From IMG/VR virus record IMGVR_UViG_2869924733_000010: a stretch of DNA of 34,465 nucleotides; one strand, 5' to 3'. The notes under the pieces are model-generated. The model worked only from the letters and a program-made list of their open reading frames with translations, made no database searches and was not told where the DNA came from. This DNA is from a virus. Lineage: Duplodnaviria > Heunggongvirae > Uroviricota > Caudoviricetes. This document shows, one piece after another, positions 23,317 to 34,035 of this stretch (its first letter is position 1; each line of letters begins with the position of its first letter). Position numbers and translations under genes: made by a program.

Positions 23317-23883
23317 ATGAGTACTTACTTTTTCTCGTCAGAAACAATGAAAGAATTGTTCAAAGATTATCTGGTCTTTTTGAACACGCTGACTCCCGGC
23401 ACAAACTTTGAATCAAACAGAAACAAAATAATTGCTCAAGCAATAAACTTCATTTCCGAAAACCCTGAAGATTGGGACAAAAAATCCCAGCACAACATTG
23501 CTATGATTGGCGACACCTTTAAAAGTTTCTTAAGAAAAAAGGGAGAAGATAACAACAGCATCAACCTTATATTCACTTGCTTTTTTAGCTTTATCATTGA
23601 ACCAAGCATTCTCTCTCCGGAAATAGAGTCTCACTTTTCACCACTAAGAACCATCAAGGATTTTGCTCTGTATAACTATAATGAATTCGATGAGCGGAGC
23701 AGAGCACAGATAGACTTTTCTCTTAGAGAACTGCCATTAGCAATGGTTAAAGAAGTTTTAAGCTCCAGCAATGTTGACACATATAAAAAATACATTGATA
23801 GTTTAAACGAAGGGCGTCAATTTTTCGAAAAGTGCGACTCCTTCTTAAAGGAGCAACATGCCAAAATAGAGTCAATCAAATAG
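23317..23883 (+). CDS. Hypothetical soluble protein, 189 aa; first gene of the S-V insert
   Basis: ATG at 23317 (MSTYFFSSETMKELFK...) in low-GC DNA, divergent from V; no family recognised. Confidence 0.6.
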   Translation: MSTYFFSSETMKELFKDYLVFLNTLTPGTNFESNRNKIIAQAINFISENPEDWDKKSQHNIAMIGDTFKSFLRKKGEDNNSINLIFTCFFSFIIEPSILSPEIESHFSPLRTIKDFALYNYNEFDERSRAQIDFSLRELPLAMVKEVLSSSNVDTYKKYIDSLNEGRQFFEKCDSFLKEQHAKIESIK

Positions 23884-23969
23884 TCATTAAAAGGGTATGA
23901 GGTCGCATTTAATTTTGTTGGATTGTTTGAAGGCTTTAATTCACTTGGCAAAAAAAAGAAAGTGCAATC

Positions 23970-24389
23970 ATGCTATCAAGAATAATTCTTATCATCTTGG
24001 CTATAATCATTCCCTCCCAGCTGATATACTATGGAATGCATAAATTACCAGCTCTCGAAACGACAAATGCTGCCACATATTTTATGTCAGCACTACCTTT
24101 TGCATCAGTTACATTGATTTTCATGTATTACTTTAGAGTTGTACTGCTAAATCATATATCGTTACGAACTCAGATTATGCAAATAGAACTCAGAAAGAGC
24201 CTTTGTCAGTTCATTCAGAGTTATAGCGACTATTCCTCAGAGATAAGGAAAAACAATCCGGAAGCGCTTTCAAAATTCGAAGACGTAGTATTTTCAAACA
24301 TCATGCTATCCGATGATAAGATACCATCTACATTTGATGGCATTGAGCAAATAGCATCGTTAATCAATTCATTAAAAAATGGAAAGTAA
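23970..24389 (+). CDS. Hypothetical small membrane protein, 139 aa, two N-terminal TM helices; second gene of the S-V insert
   Basis: Hydrophobic segments IILIILAIIIPSQLIYY and ATYFMSALPFASVTLIFMYYF; followed by a terminator. Confidence 0.6.
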   Translation: MLSRIILIILAIIIPSQLIYYGMHKLPALETTNAATYFMSALPFASVTLIFMYYFRVVLLNHISLRTQIMQIELRKSLCQFIQSYSDYSSEIRKNNPEALSKFEDVVFSNIMLSDDKIPSTFDGIEQIASLINSLKNGK

Positions 24390-24393
24390 TGAT

Positions 24394-24420
24394 AAAAGGC
24401 CAATAACTGGCCTTTTATTT
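24394..24420. terminator. Palindromic bidirectional terminator between the insert and S
   Basis: aaaaggccaataactggcctttt with T-runs on both strands. Confidence 0.6.
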
Positions 24421-24491
24421 ATTAACATGAAAATTCAAAATAAATTATGCTAATCAATTGATTTCTATCTTATATTCTCAGATGATTAAAG

Positions 24492-24944
24492 CTAACGATT
24501 CAGGTGAGCCAGGATAATCTCTTCAATCATCTGCACATCCTCACCGGTAAAGCCGAGCAGAGGACGCGCCGGATAATCAATTTTCTTACCGTCTTTCCGG
24601 TTTTCTTCCGACAGACCGAACTGATGCACACTGGCGATTTTCGGTGACTTCCCGCCGTAAAACTCCATTGATGCCTGTTCCGGGCTGGCGCGGATATGCA
24701 AAAAACGACTGGTGATAAGTTTCGCAAACATTTTTCGCTTAACGCGACCGGTCTTTTTTCTGGCGCTCTGCTGCTGACGTGGCGCGTAGGGTGTGCCGTC
24801 CGGGGCTTTCTGTGCCATCACCCGACGCTGCTGACTCTGACGCAGACGTTTCGCCAGTTCGGCGCTCAGTCGCCGACGCCCTGACGGTGACAGCGATTCA
24901 GTCAGTCCGGCCAGCCGGTCTTCAAAACGCTTAAACTCATTCAT
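24492..24944 (-). CDS. S: P2 gpS tail completion protein
   Basis: 150 aa. Confidence 0.85.
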   Translation of the reverse strand: MNEFKRFEDRLAGLTESLSPSGRRRLSAELAKRLRQSQQRRVMAQKAPDGTPYAPRQQQSARKKTGRVKRKMFAKLITSRFLHIRASPEQASMEFYGGKSPKIASVHQFGLSEENRKDGKKIDYPARPLLGFTGEDVQMIEEIILAHLNR

Positions 24945-25404
24945 CCCACTTGCTCACCAGTTCGCCATTGATATAAAGCTCCACCGGGCGGGTAACCGGC
25001 TCCGGCGGCGGAGGTTCAGGGATATTCTTCACATGCAGCGCGCCGTCCACCTCACTGACCAGCGTGCGCTCGGTCAGCATCAGGCTGATGCTTATATCAA
25101 AGCTGCTGTCATTGTTGATGTCTGCATAAAACGTGAAGCCCTTTTTCTGGCCTTCGTCGGTGGTCATGATGTCGGGCTGATTTTCCCGCAGCCACGCCAG
25201 CACCGGCACGATGAGCAGGTCAAAATCACCGGTAAAGTCGGTCACAATCACATTGAGCGTGTAACGCTTTTCGAACGACAGCGACGTCGCCAGTGTGGAG
25301 GCAATACTCCCGTTATCCACGAATATCCGCAGCATATCGGGGTTAGTTTTCAGCACCGTGACGGCATCAGTCAACGCCCTGCGCAGGCTGTCGGGTTTGA
25401 GCAT
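24937..25404 (-). CDS. R: P2 gpR tail completion protein
   Basis: 155 aa. Confidence 0.85.
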   Translation of the reverse strand: MLKPDSLRRALTDAVTVLKTNPDMLRIFVDNGSIASTLATSLSFEKRYTLNVIVTDFTGDFDLLIVPVLAWLRENQPDIMTTDEGQKKGFTFYADINNDSSFDISISLMLTERTLVSEVDGALHVKNIPEPPPPEPVTRPVELYINGELVSKWDE

Positions 25405-25657
25405 CGTTTTCGTCCTGACAGTGTTTAATCATTTTTACCTGGCTGGCACAGCGTGCCAGCGCGTTCTCAAGCTGCCTGATATCAGCACTTAAATCGCCGT
25501 TCGTCTGCGGGTCACTGCCCGGCATCGGGCAAAGACTCACTTTCGGGCAGGCGTTGGCGACAATCACTGGCGTCGGTGCAGGCCGGACGCTGGTGCAACC
25601 GGCGCACAGCATCAGGCAGGTCAGCACCGTACCAGCGGCGAAAATCTTCGTTTTCAT
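25367..25657 (-). CDS. lysC: LysC (Rz1-like outer-membrane lipoprotein spanin) embedded in lysB
   Basis: 96 aa from internal Met MKTKIFAAGTVLTCLMLCAGC, lipobox-like LCAGC; alternate frame inside lysB. Confidence 0.65.
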   Translation of the reverse strand: MKTKIFAAGTVLTCLMLCAGCTSVRPAPTPVIVANACPKVSLCPMPGSDPQTNGDLSADIRQLENALARCASQVKMIKHCQDENDAQTRQPAQGVD

Positions 25658-25937
25658 TGAGTAACCTCGTGATGGTTTTCTCGCGCTGTGCTTCACGCTT
25701 CGCGGCGTTTTCCAGTTCCTGACGCAGTGCCACCTGCGCCAGCTCGTTTTTTTCTGCCCTGGTGAGCGCAACATGAAGCTGATTTTTCAGCATGGTGATG
25801 GTCGTCTGCTGCCCGCTGGCGACGCTGTTCGCCCTGTCCAGCGAAGCGCGCAGGCTGGCATTTTTGTGTTTCACCAGAAACAGACCCGCCACCGCCAGCG
25901 ATAACAACACAATCAGTACAATCATCAGCCTTGACAT
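25512..25937 (-). CDS. lysB: LysB (Rz-like inner-membrane spanin)
   Basis: 141 aa, N-terminal TM then coiled-coil-like region. Confidence 0.8.
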   Translation of the reverse strand: MSRLMIVLIVLLSLAVAGLFLVKHKNASLRASLDRANSVASGQQTTITMLKNQLHVALTRAEKNELAQVALRQELENAAKREAQREKTITRLLNENEDFRRWYGADLPDAVRRLHQRPACTDASDCRQRLPESESLPDAGQ

Positions 25938-26350
25938 GGTTCCCGCCCCTCAAGACGCTGACGGCAGGCCGTGCGTATCAGCCGGAAAAACAGCGACGCT
26001 ACGAGATAAATCAGCGCGGTAAAAATCCACCCGGCAGCGACCAGCGAGATAAATGTCGCCACCATCACAACCAGAGCCGCCGCCCGTCTGCGCCACGGCA
26101 CCGGCTGCAAAAACAGCGACGTGACAATCTTCACGGCCAGCGATTCCGGCGGCAGCTCCCGCCCGTAGAGTTCCAGTACATACTCAGTGGCATACACGCC
26201 AATACCACCGGCAACCACACAGATAACCGTCGCCAGAATCGCCCAGGCGGCGACAAAATTGACGGCCACGCTCTGCGGGTAAATCAGGGACAGTGCCAGC
26301 ATCAGCGCCAGCGACACGTTCAGCATCAGTGAAAGGGATAATTTCTTCAT
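25925..26350 (-). CDS. lysA: LysA lysis-timing membrane protein
   Basis: 141 aa multi-TM protein in the P2 lysA position. Confidence 0.75.
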   Translation of the reverse strand: MKKLSLSLMLNVSLALMLALSLIYPQSVAVNFVAAWAILATVICVVAGGIGVYATEYVLELYGRELPPESLAVKIVTSLFLQPVPWRRRAAALVVMVATFISLVAAGWIFTALIYLVASLFFRLIRTACRQRLEGREPCQG

Positions 26351-26364
26351 GGTGTTTACTCCGT

Positions 26365-26862
26365 TTAAGCAGGTACGCCGCCAGCGGTACGCCAGACGGT
26401 GACCAGTTTTTCCAGTGAATGCTCACGCTGACCGTAACCGGCACCCGGCAGGGACGCCCAGATATTGCGACAGCGTGAAATGGCGCGCTCAATGCGTCCC
26501 GCCCGGATGTCATCCAGTGCACCGCGTTCACGGATCAACTGAATGGCAAGTCTGTCCTGTGACAACGGACTGAAATCCGGCAGGGCAAGCTGTTTGCGGT
26601 AGTGCGGCCAGAACAGGTAAAGCTGCTGATAGCGACCGGAGGCCGTGGATTTTTCACCGCGACGGTTAAACACCTTCGCCGGTCGGCCATGCGCGAACGG
26701 GTGGTCACTGTAGTCGGTGAAAATTTCCGGCTTTCCGTCCAGTCCGGTGACTATCACGTCATAGCCCCGTTTTTTCGTCAGCGGATGATTCGCCGTCCCT
26801 TCGGACACGGCCAGCATGTCGAGAAAGGCGGCGATATTCTGATGCGTGTTAATAACCGGCAT
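26365..26862 (-). CDS. K: P2 gpK endolysin
   Basis: 165 aa. Confidence 0.85.
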   Translation of the reverse strand: MPVINTHQNIAAFLDMLAVSEGTANHPLTKKRGYDVIVTGLDGKPEIFTDYSDHPFAHGRPAKVFNRRGEKSTASGRYQQLYLFWPHYRKQLALPDFSPLSQDRLAIQLIRERGALDDIRAGRIERAISRCRNIWASLPGAGYGQREHSLEKLVTVWRTAGGVPA

Positions 26863-27143
26863 TACGGTTTCCCCCTGCCCTTAAAGCGGCGCTGAATGGC
26901 AATCTCAATCACCTGATAACCGGCGATACCCAGCATGGAGCCAATGCCGCACACCGCAGGCAGTGACAGGTCAGGAAACTGCACCAGAACAACACCGGCA
27001 ACCATCGAGACAAAACCACCGAGCAACATGCGCCCGATAAACAGACGCGGGGTGATGGGTTCACCACCGGCAAGCACCTTGCCGACAACAATCAGCACCC
27101 CAATCATGAAAAGCGACAGAACGCTTTTTTCTTCTGCTGTCAT
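26862..27143 (-). CDS. Y: P2 gpY holin
   Basis: 93 aa, membrane protein. Confidence 0.85.
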   Translation of the reverse strand: MTAEEKSVLSLFMIGVLIVVGKVLAGGEPITPRLFIGRMLLGGFVSMVAGVVLVQFPDLSLPAVCGIGSMLGIAGYQVIEIAIQRRFKGRGKP

Positions 27144-27146
27144 GCG

Positions 27147-27440
27147 TTACTCCCACAGATTGACAGTTTCAGCCACGGGCGCGGTCTGAACGTCGGGCAG
27201 TTCGACGGCGGTGCCGTGCGGCAGCACGCCATTCACCCACGGCAACCAGAACGGCAGCAGTTCGCGTTTTTTCGCGGCCTTCAGCTCTTTTGAATAAATT
27301 GCTTTCAGTGTGCGCTGGTCTACGGCGAGCTTAACCAGCATCTGCTCATAGACAGTTGCATGTCGCAGCGGGGCTGCTTCCCGCTGCGCGGTCATCGCTG
27401 CCGAGACCCGCATCATGTGGCGCTGTGCGGGACTCGTCAT
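27147..27440 (-). pseudogene. M'-'X deletion fusion: first ~73 codons of terminase small subunit M joined to the last ~24 codons of tail protein X; gene L absent
   Basis: N-terminus MTSPAQRHMMRVSAAMTAQ... is gpM; C-terminus ...PHGTAVELPDVQTAPVAETVNLWE is the gpX end; junction near 27221; the ORF sits between N and Y where M, L and X belong. Confidence 0.7.
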
Positions 27441-27443
27441 CGG

Positions 27444-28515
27444 TTACGCTCCCGGCTCTGCGGTCGCTTTAGCCGGTGTGGAGAAATCACCGACCTTAAT
27501 TTTCTCCACCAGACAACCGGCTGCATAGTCTTCCACCACGTAATCAATGTTCATTGACTCGTAGTTCTCCACGCGGTCGAGTTTCGGGTTTTCCACAATC
27601 ACGCGGCGATGGCTGTCATCCATGTAGTAGATGGACAGGTTTTCCAGCTTCGTGATGAGCATCGCATCCGCCGGGAAGTACGGGACGCGTACCGCCGGCA
27701 GGTTACCGATGCGTTTCTGGCTGATGATGACATCAGCGGCCAGCATTTCGCTGTTGTCCTGCTCTTTGTTGACGATGGGGAAATACTTGTCCGCCAGTAG
27801 CTGACGTCCCACAATCACCACAAGGTCAGGGTCTTCCTGATACCACGGTTCAATCAGGTTGTTGGTCGCATCCATCACCAGTGCATCAAGGCTGGCATAA
27901 TCGCCGCCCTTACCCACGCGGATAACCTCAGAGGTGGTGCGCCCTTCCTCGTCAGTGACCTTGCTCATCACGCGCGCCGGGGCTTCATTGCGGTATTTCT
28001 GCAACCAGCCGACCGCCACATCCTGCAACATCGGATTGCTGCTGCGGTCAGAAGTTTCGGCACGCTTCACGCCGTTAAAACCGGCCATGATGAAATCAAG
28101 GGACTGGCGTTTGATAATGGCGTTACGGACACGGAGCTGGAAATCCTGATAACGCGCCCACAGGTCAAGCGTTTTGTAGCGGATATAAAAATCGAAGTTA
28201 ATCTGGTCGCATTCGTACTTGTTAGACGCCAGCTTCGAGAAGTCCTTCGGCTGACGCTCAGTGCCACCGGCGGTGTCGGTGGTGCTGGCGATGGAGCCGG
28301 TGACACCGATGCCAATTTTTTCCCCTTTCATTTCGCTGACCGGCACAATGTTGATGCGGGTCAGAAAGTCAGAGGACTCCTGCATGGTGTTCATCAGGGT
28401 CTGGGTGACCGACGGTTCAACGGTGAATTTTTTCGACACATCACCGGCGTCGATGCCGTTCAGTTCGGCAACACGGGACAGGTAGGCATTAAATTTAAAG
28501 CGGGTTTCCTGGCGC
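27444..28515 (-). pseudogene. N: Major capsid gene N, 3' portion, cut off from its start codon by IS4
   Basis: Matches P2 gpN from codon 2 on; ATG plus codons 2..5 sit at 29941..29955 on the far side of IS4; in-frame TAG at the junction. Confidence 0.85.
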
Positions 28516-29940
28516 TAATGCCAGTCAGTTAAGCAACTGACTGGCTCTTTTTCGGGGCTGTGGGGTATTTCCAGGGCCTCTCCTTTACCACTCTCGGGAA
28601 GGCCCTTTCCCTTCTCGTCGGTAATTTCACAAGTTGTCCCATACTTGCAAGATCGCGCATCAGCTCCGGTATACGTCCCGGTGAAGCGCCCTGCAATGTC
28701 ATCAGCATTCTCATCACCATTCCGCATGATTCTGAGAAACTCAGTTGATTCGGCCAGTAACCTTTCAGATGTTCCGCCATTTTAATCATCTGATATCTCA
28801 CCAGATTATAAGCCAGTAAGACACCCCACAGCTCTTGCTCCACAAGCTCCGGCTTTTTACTTCTCAGCGTCAGCCTGCTCAGTTGCATCGTCTGTTTTAT
28901 CTCCCTGTATCCCAGTTCGATTTCCCAGCGATGACTGTACAGATCCGCCATTTCTCCTCCGGGGAAGCGCATGGCGTCCGTCATCGACGTCAGCAGATGG
29001 CAGACTTTTCCTTTGCGCGTCACGGTCAGCAGGCGGGCTGTCACTTCATTTCCCAGTCCCGGCCACTTTTTTCGTGCCTGCGAGCTGGTTTTCAGCTTCA
29101 CCAGATGATCGCCTTTACCCAGTTTTCTGAACTCTTCATATTGCGCTCCCTTTCTGAGAGGTATCATCCAGTGGCGGTGTTCTCCCGCCAGGCTCCAGGC
29201 ATTTAACAGTCCCAGTGAGTAATAACCTTTATCCATTAACGTCAGAGTGTTATCGCCGGTTTGTTCTATAAGTTGCTCAGCAAGCTCATTTTCGCTGTTC
29301 TTCATCGTGCCGAAGGCTGCAGCCGTCAGCAGATGGCTGGTCAGTTCCATCTGGCAGACCATTTTGACCTGCGGGTAGAGCGCCGGGTTCCCGGCATGTG
29401 TCTGGCGGGGGAAGGCTGCATCGTTCTCTGGTGTATCCGGTGTGCGCCAGAACACACCATCGATGGCCAGCAGGGTCAGGCCGCACCAGTGCGGATGCGG
29501 CGTGGCGTTATGCCAGAGCTGCGCTGTTTTCGTGAACACGCGGCGGACAGCCTCACTTCCCAGGCGCTGGCGGGCCTGAATAACGGCACTGGGGGCAACG
29601 AAGGGGCGATTGCCCGGCAGCATGATGTCCAGGCGATTCACAATCTGGTGAAGAGGTTCTTTACGCTCAAGCGCCATGCCAACAATACACCAGACCATCA
29701 TTTCGAGGGGAAGACGGCGCTTGCGTAGCGTTACAGTACCTGATTCGGCAAGGCAACGAGAGATGAGTTCGGGGTCGAGGTAATCCCCCAGAGAAGTCAG
29801 TGGGTTACGCAGAGAATCGTAACGGGATACCAGATCAAGAGCCTGTCCAATGTGCATAAAAAATCCGGAAACAAGTGAGCGTTTCCGGATTCTTACACAG
29901 CCACTGGATCGGTCAACTGATCCTTAACTGATCGGCATTA
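28516..29940 (-). mobile_element. IS4 with a 13 bp duplication GGTTTCCTGGCGC
   Basis: Ends taatgcc... / ...ggcatta; duplication at 28503..28515 and 29941..29953; boundaries accurate to about 1 bp. Confidence 0.85.
28529..29857 (-). CDS. IS4 transposase
   Basis: 442 aa, recognised as IS4 transposase. Confidence 0.9.
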   Translation of the reverse strand: MHIGQALDLVSRYDSLRNPLTSLGDYLDPELISRCLAESGTVTLRKRRLPLEMMVWCIVGMALERKEPLHQIVNRLDIMLPGNRPFVAPSAVIQARQRLGSEAVRRVFTKTAQLWHNATPHPHWCGLTLLAIDGVFWRTPDTPENDAAFPRQTHAGNPALYPQVKMVCQMELTSHLLTAAAFGTMKNSENELAEQLIEQTGDNTLTLMDKGYYSLGLLNAWSLAGEHRHWMIPLRKGAQYEEFRKLGKGDHLVKLKTSSQARKKWPGLGNEVTARLLTVTRKGKVCHLLTSMTDAMRFPGGEMADLYSHRWEIELGYREIKQTMQLSRLTLRSKKPELVEQELWGVLLAYNLVRYQMIKMAEHLKGYWPNQLSFSESCGMVMRMLMTLQGASPGRIPELMRDLASMGQLVKLPTRRERAFPRVVKERPWKYPTAPKKSQSVA

Positions 29941-30013
29941 GGTTTCCTGGCGCATAGTTTTTCCTGAAATTAAGGGTTAATCGTGAAGGTTTTCCCGGAC
30001 TGACTGACGCCGG

Positions 30014-30868
30014 TCAGCAGTTCGTCATCAGGGCGTCACCGCCACCGCCGGTGGCTTTGCTGCGGCGCTGCTGGGTCAGACTTTCGGTGCTGTCGAGACT
30101 GTTTTTCAGGCGGGTGAATGCCTGGCCGGTTTCATCCGCCCTGTCAGTCACATCCTGCTTAAGTGCGGAAAAGGCGGTTTCCATCTCAGCGAGGCGCTGC
30201 TCAGTGGCGCTCAGTTTTTCCTGCACATGTTCAGCAACAGCGGTCACCGCTTCATGCACGTCATTCAGGCGGGCGTCATCGCTGGCCTGTTTGCGGCCAA
30301 AAATGGACTTCACCTTTTCGGTCAGGGCGGTGAACACGGTTTCAGGCAGGTCTTCAAATTCCAGCTCAACGGGCGTTGCCACTGAAATAAGGTTCTCAGG
30401 GCTTAATTTGAAGCGGTTCAGAGGGTTGTGTTTTGCCGTGCGGCAGAACTCCAGAGATTCCGTGCCGAGGCTTGCCGGGTCATCGGTGACGGCCAGCCCC
30501 ACCAGATAACATTTGCCGGTGTTGGCAAAGTTCGGCTGAATTTCCATTGAGGTGTAGACCTTCTGCGCGGCCTTGTTCATCGCGATAAGGTCATCGGTCG
30601 GGGTGATTTTCGCAAACAGCGCCCATTTGCCTTTCAGCGCCGAATCGTCATCAATCTTTTCGGCCTTCAGTTCGACCACATCGCCATAACGTTTAAAAAT
30701 ACCGTCAGGCAGGATGCCGCGCAGATGTTCCAGGTTAATGCGGCAACCATAGACACGCGGGTCAAAGGTTTCGGCCATTTCCTGAATATCCTGCGCACTG
30801 ATGACACGCCCGTCACAGGTGTCACCCTCAACGCCGATACGAAAGAATTTTGAGACTTTTTTTGCCAT
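30014..30868 (-). CDS. O: P2 gpO capsid scaffold
   Basis: 284 aa from internal Met MAKKVSKFFRIGVEGD. Confidence 0.85.
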   Translation of the reverse strand: MAKKVSKFFRIGVEGDTCDGRVISAQDIQEMAETFDPRVYGCRINLEHLRGILPDGIFKRYGDVVELKAEKIDDDSALKGKWALFAKITPTDDLIAMNKAAQKVYTSMEIQPNFANTGKCYLVGLAVTDDPASLGTESLEFCRTAKHNPLNRFKLSPENLISVATPVELEFEDLPETVFTALTEKVKSIFGRKQASDDARLNDVHEAVTAVAEHVQEKLSATEQRLAEMETAFSALKQDVTDRADETGQAFTRLKNSLDSTESLTQQRRSKATGGGGDALMTNC

Positions 30869-31041
30869 TGTCAGGAGTCCTGAATAGTGATTAGAGGAGT
30901 CACATGTCGGCATCAGTTTCCCGACGATGCGCATCCTCCGCCATCAGTCCCGGATGGCTTATCACTGACACAACAGCACCTTAGCGAATCGCGGGGCGCG
31001 ACTCAGTAGCCTTGCCGTGTATTCATCACGGCGAGGTATTC

Positions 31042-32813
31042 ATGACCATCACCACAGACACCACTCTTTTGCACGACCCGCGTCGTCAGGCGGCGCTGCT
31101 GTACTGGCAGGGGTTTTCCGTGCCGCAGATTGCCGCCATGTTGCAGATGAAACGCCCGACGGTGCAGAGCTGGAAACAGCGCGACGGCTGGGACAGCGTT
31201 GCCCCCATCAGCCGTGTCGAAATGAGTCTGGAAGCGCGGCTGACCCAGCTCATTATCAAACCGCAGAAAACCGGCGGTGACTTCAAGGAAATTGACCTGC
31301 TGGGACGCCAGATTGAACGACTGGCGCGGGTCAACCGCTACAGTCAGACCGGCAACGAGGCAGACCTTAATCCGAACGTCGCTAACCGCAACAAAGGCGG
31401 GCGTCGCAAACCGAAAAAGAATTTTTTCAGTGACGAAGCCATCGAAAAGCTGGAGCAGATTTTCTTTGAGCAGTCTTTCGAATATCAGTTGCACTGGTAT
31501 CGCGCCGGGCTTGAGCACCGCATCCGCGATATCCTGAAATCCCGCCAGATTGGCGCGACGTTTTATTTTTCCCGCGAGGCGCTGCTGCGCGCCCTGAAAA
31601 CCGGTCATAACCAGATTTTTCTGTCGGCCAGTAAAACACAGGCGTATGTGTTCCGCGAATACATCATCGCCTTTGCCCGGCTGGTTGACGTTGACCTGAC
31701 CGGTGACCCGATTGTCCTGGGCAATAACGGCGCAAAACTGATTTTTCTCGGCACCAACTCCAACACCGCGCAGAGCCATAACGGCGACCTGTACGTCGAC
31801 GAGATGTTCTGGATCCCGAATTTTCAGGTACTGCGTAAGATGGCATCAGGTATGGCCTCACAGAGTCACCTGCGCTCGACCTATTTCTCCACCCCGTCCA
31901 CGCTGGCGCACGACGCCTACCCGTTCTGGTCGGGTGAACTGTTTAACCGGGGACGCGCCAGCGCCGCCGAACGCGTGGAAATCGACATCAGTCATAACGC
32001 CCTTGCCGGTGGGCTTCTCTGTGCGGACGGCCAGTGGCGGCAGATTGTCACCATTGAGGACGCCCTGAAAGGTGGCTGCACGCTGTTCGACATTGAGCCG
32101 CTTAAACGCGAAAACAGCGCCGACGATTTTAAAAACCTGTTCATGTGTGAATTTGTTGACGACAAGGCATCGGTATTCCCGTTCGAGGAGCTGCAACGCT
32201 GCATGGTCGACACGCTGGAAGAATGGGAAGACTATGCGCCGTTTGCCGCCAATCCGTTCGGCTCCCGACCGGTATGGATTGGTTACGACCCGTCACACCG
32301 TGGCGACAGCGCCGGATGCGTGGTACTGGCACCGCCGGTGGTGGCCGGTGGCAAATTCAGAATACTTGAGCGTCACCAGTGGAAAGGTATGGACTTTGCC
32401 ACCCAGGCGGAATCCATCCGCAAACTCACCGAAAAATACAACGTCGAATACATCGGTATTGATGCCACCGGCCTCGGTGTCGGCGTGTTCCAGCTTGTGC
32501 GCTCGTTCTATCCCGCCGCGCGCGACATCCGCTACACGCCGGAAATGAAAACCGCAATGGTGCTCAAGGCAAAAGACGTTATCCGCCGTGGCTGTCTGGA
32601 ATATGACGTCAGCGCCACCGACATCACCAGCTCGTTCATGGCTATCCGCAAGACCATGACCAGCAGCGGACGCAGGCCACCTATGAGGCCAGCCGCAGCG
32701 AGGAAGCCAGCCACGCCGACCTCGCCTGGGCGACCATGCACGCCCTGTTAAATGAGCCACTCACCGCCGGTATCAGCACTCCGCTGACATCCACCATTCT
32801 GGAGTTTTACTGA
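31042..32813 (+). pseudogene. P: Terminase large subunit gpP with a 1-nt frameshift near the 3' end (or sequencing error)
   Basis: From MTITTDTTLLHDPRRQAALLYW; after ...SSGRR the frame is lost at 32674..32678. The alternate frame TYEASRSEEASHADLAWATMHALLNEPLTAGISTPLTSTILEFY runs to a TGA overlapping the Q ATG at 32813. Confidence 0.7.
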
Positions 32814-33847
32814 TGAGCAAGAAAAAAGGGAAAACACCGCAACCTGCGGCAAAAACAATGACCGCCAGCGCCCCGAAAATGGAGGTATTCACCTTTGGTG
32901 AGCCGGTGCCGGTACTCGACCGCCGTGACATTCTGGATTACGTCGAATGCATCAGTAACAGCAGATGGTATGAGCCACCAATCAGCTTTACCGGTCTGGC
33001 AAAAAGCCTGCGTGCTGCCGTGCATCACAGCTCACCGATTTACGTCAAACGTAATATTCTGGCTTCAACGTTTATCCCGCACCCGTGGCTGTCCCAGCAG
33101 GATTTCAGCCGCTTTGTGCTGGATTTTCTGGTGTTCGGTAATGCGTTTCTGGAAAAGCGTTACAGCACCACCGGTAAGGTCATCAGACTGGAAACCTCAC
33201 CGGCAAAATATACCCGCCGTGGCGTGGAGGAGGATGTTTACTGGTGGGTGCCGTCCTTTAACGAGCCGACAGCCTTCGCGCCCGGATCCGTGTTTCACCT
33301 GCTGGAGCCGGATATTAATCAGGAGCTGTACGGTCTGCCGGAATATCTCAGCGCCCTTAATTCTGCCTGGCTGAATGAGTCGGCCACGCTGTTCCGCCGC
33401 AAGTATTACGAAAACGGCGCTCATGCCGGATATATCATGTACGTCACTGATGCCGTGCAGGATCGCAACGATATCGAAACGCTTCGCGAAAACATGGTGA
33501 AGTCGAAAGGCCGCAACAACTTTAAAAACCTGTTTCTCTATGCCCCACAGGGAAAAGCCGACGGCATTAAAATTATCCCGCTCAGTGAAGTGGCAACGAA
33601 GGACGATTTTTTTAATATCAAAAAAGCCAGCGCCGCTGACCTGCTTGACGCGCACCGCATCCCCTTTCAGTTGATGGGCGGCAAGCCGGAGAACGTCGGG
33701 TCGCTGGGTGATATTGAGAAAGTGGCAAAGGTCTTTGTCCGCAATGAGCTTATCCCGTTACAGGACAGGATCCGCGAGATAAACGGCTGGCTCGGTCAGG
33801 AGGTCATCCGCTTTAAAAACTACTCACTGGACACTGACAACGGCTGA
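32813..33847 (+). CDS. Q: P2 gpQ portal protein
   Basis: 344 aa. Confidence 0.85.
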   Translation: MSKKKGKTPQPAAKTMTASAPKMEVFTFGEPVPVLDRRDILDYVECISNSRWYEPPISFTGLAKSLRAAVHHSSPIYVKRNILASTFIPHPWLSQQDFSRFVLDFLVFGNAFLEKRYSTTGKVIRLETSPAKYTRRGVEEDVYWWVPSFNEPTAFAPGSVFHLLEPDINQELYGLPEYLSALNSAWLNESATLFRRKYYENGAHAGYIMYVTDAVQDRNDIETLRENMVKSKGRNNFKNLFLYAPQGKADGIKIIPLSEVATKDDFFNIKKASAADLLDAHRIPFQLMGGKPENVGSLGDIEKVAKVFVRNELIPLQDRIREINGWLGQEVIRFKNYSLDTDNG

Positions 33848-33852
33848 ACATC

Positions 33853-33875
33853 GCCGCCTGCGGGCGGCTTTTTTA
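33853..33875 (+). terminator. Intrinsic terminator after Q
   Basis: gccgcctgcgggcggc followed by tttttt. Confidence 0.65.
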
Positions 33876-34016
33876 CATCCCGTCATCACGCCCTCACACG
33901 CTCACCACAGCACAAAACAGCCCGCAGACACACCAACACCCCAACGGGCAGACTAAGCGCCGTCACGACGCGCTGAGACGCTGAAAAAATAAAATCAGCA
34001 CCACCGCCAGCGCGCA

Positions 34017-34035
34017 GTGCTTTCCCCGCCTCGCC
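34017..34035. other. P2 cos cohesive-end sequence
   Basis: gtgctttccccgcctcgcc is the reverse complement of GGCGAGGCGGGGAAAGCAC, the P2 19 nt cohesive end as I recall it. Confidence 0.65.

Noticed and set aside
30886-30905. TGA-N11-ACA element (gattagaggagtcaca) in the O-P intergenic region as a fourth motif copy
   Set aside because: It lies only 25 to 40 nt from the O start codon and lacks the flanking similarity of the other three copies.
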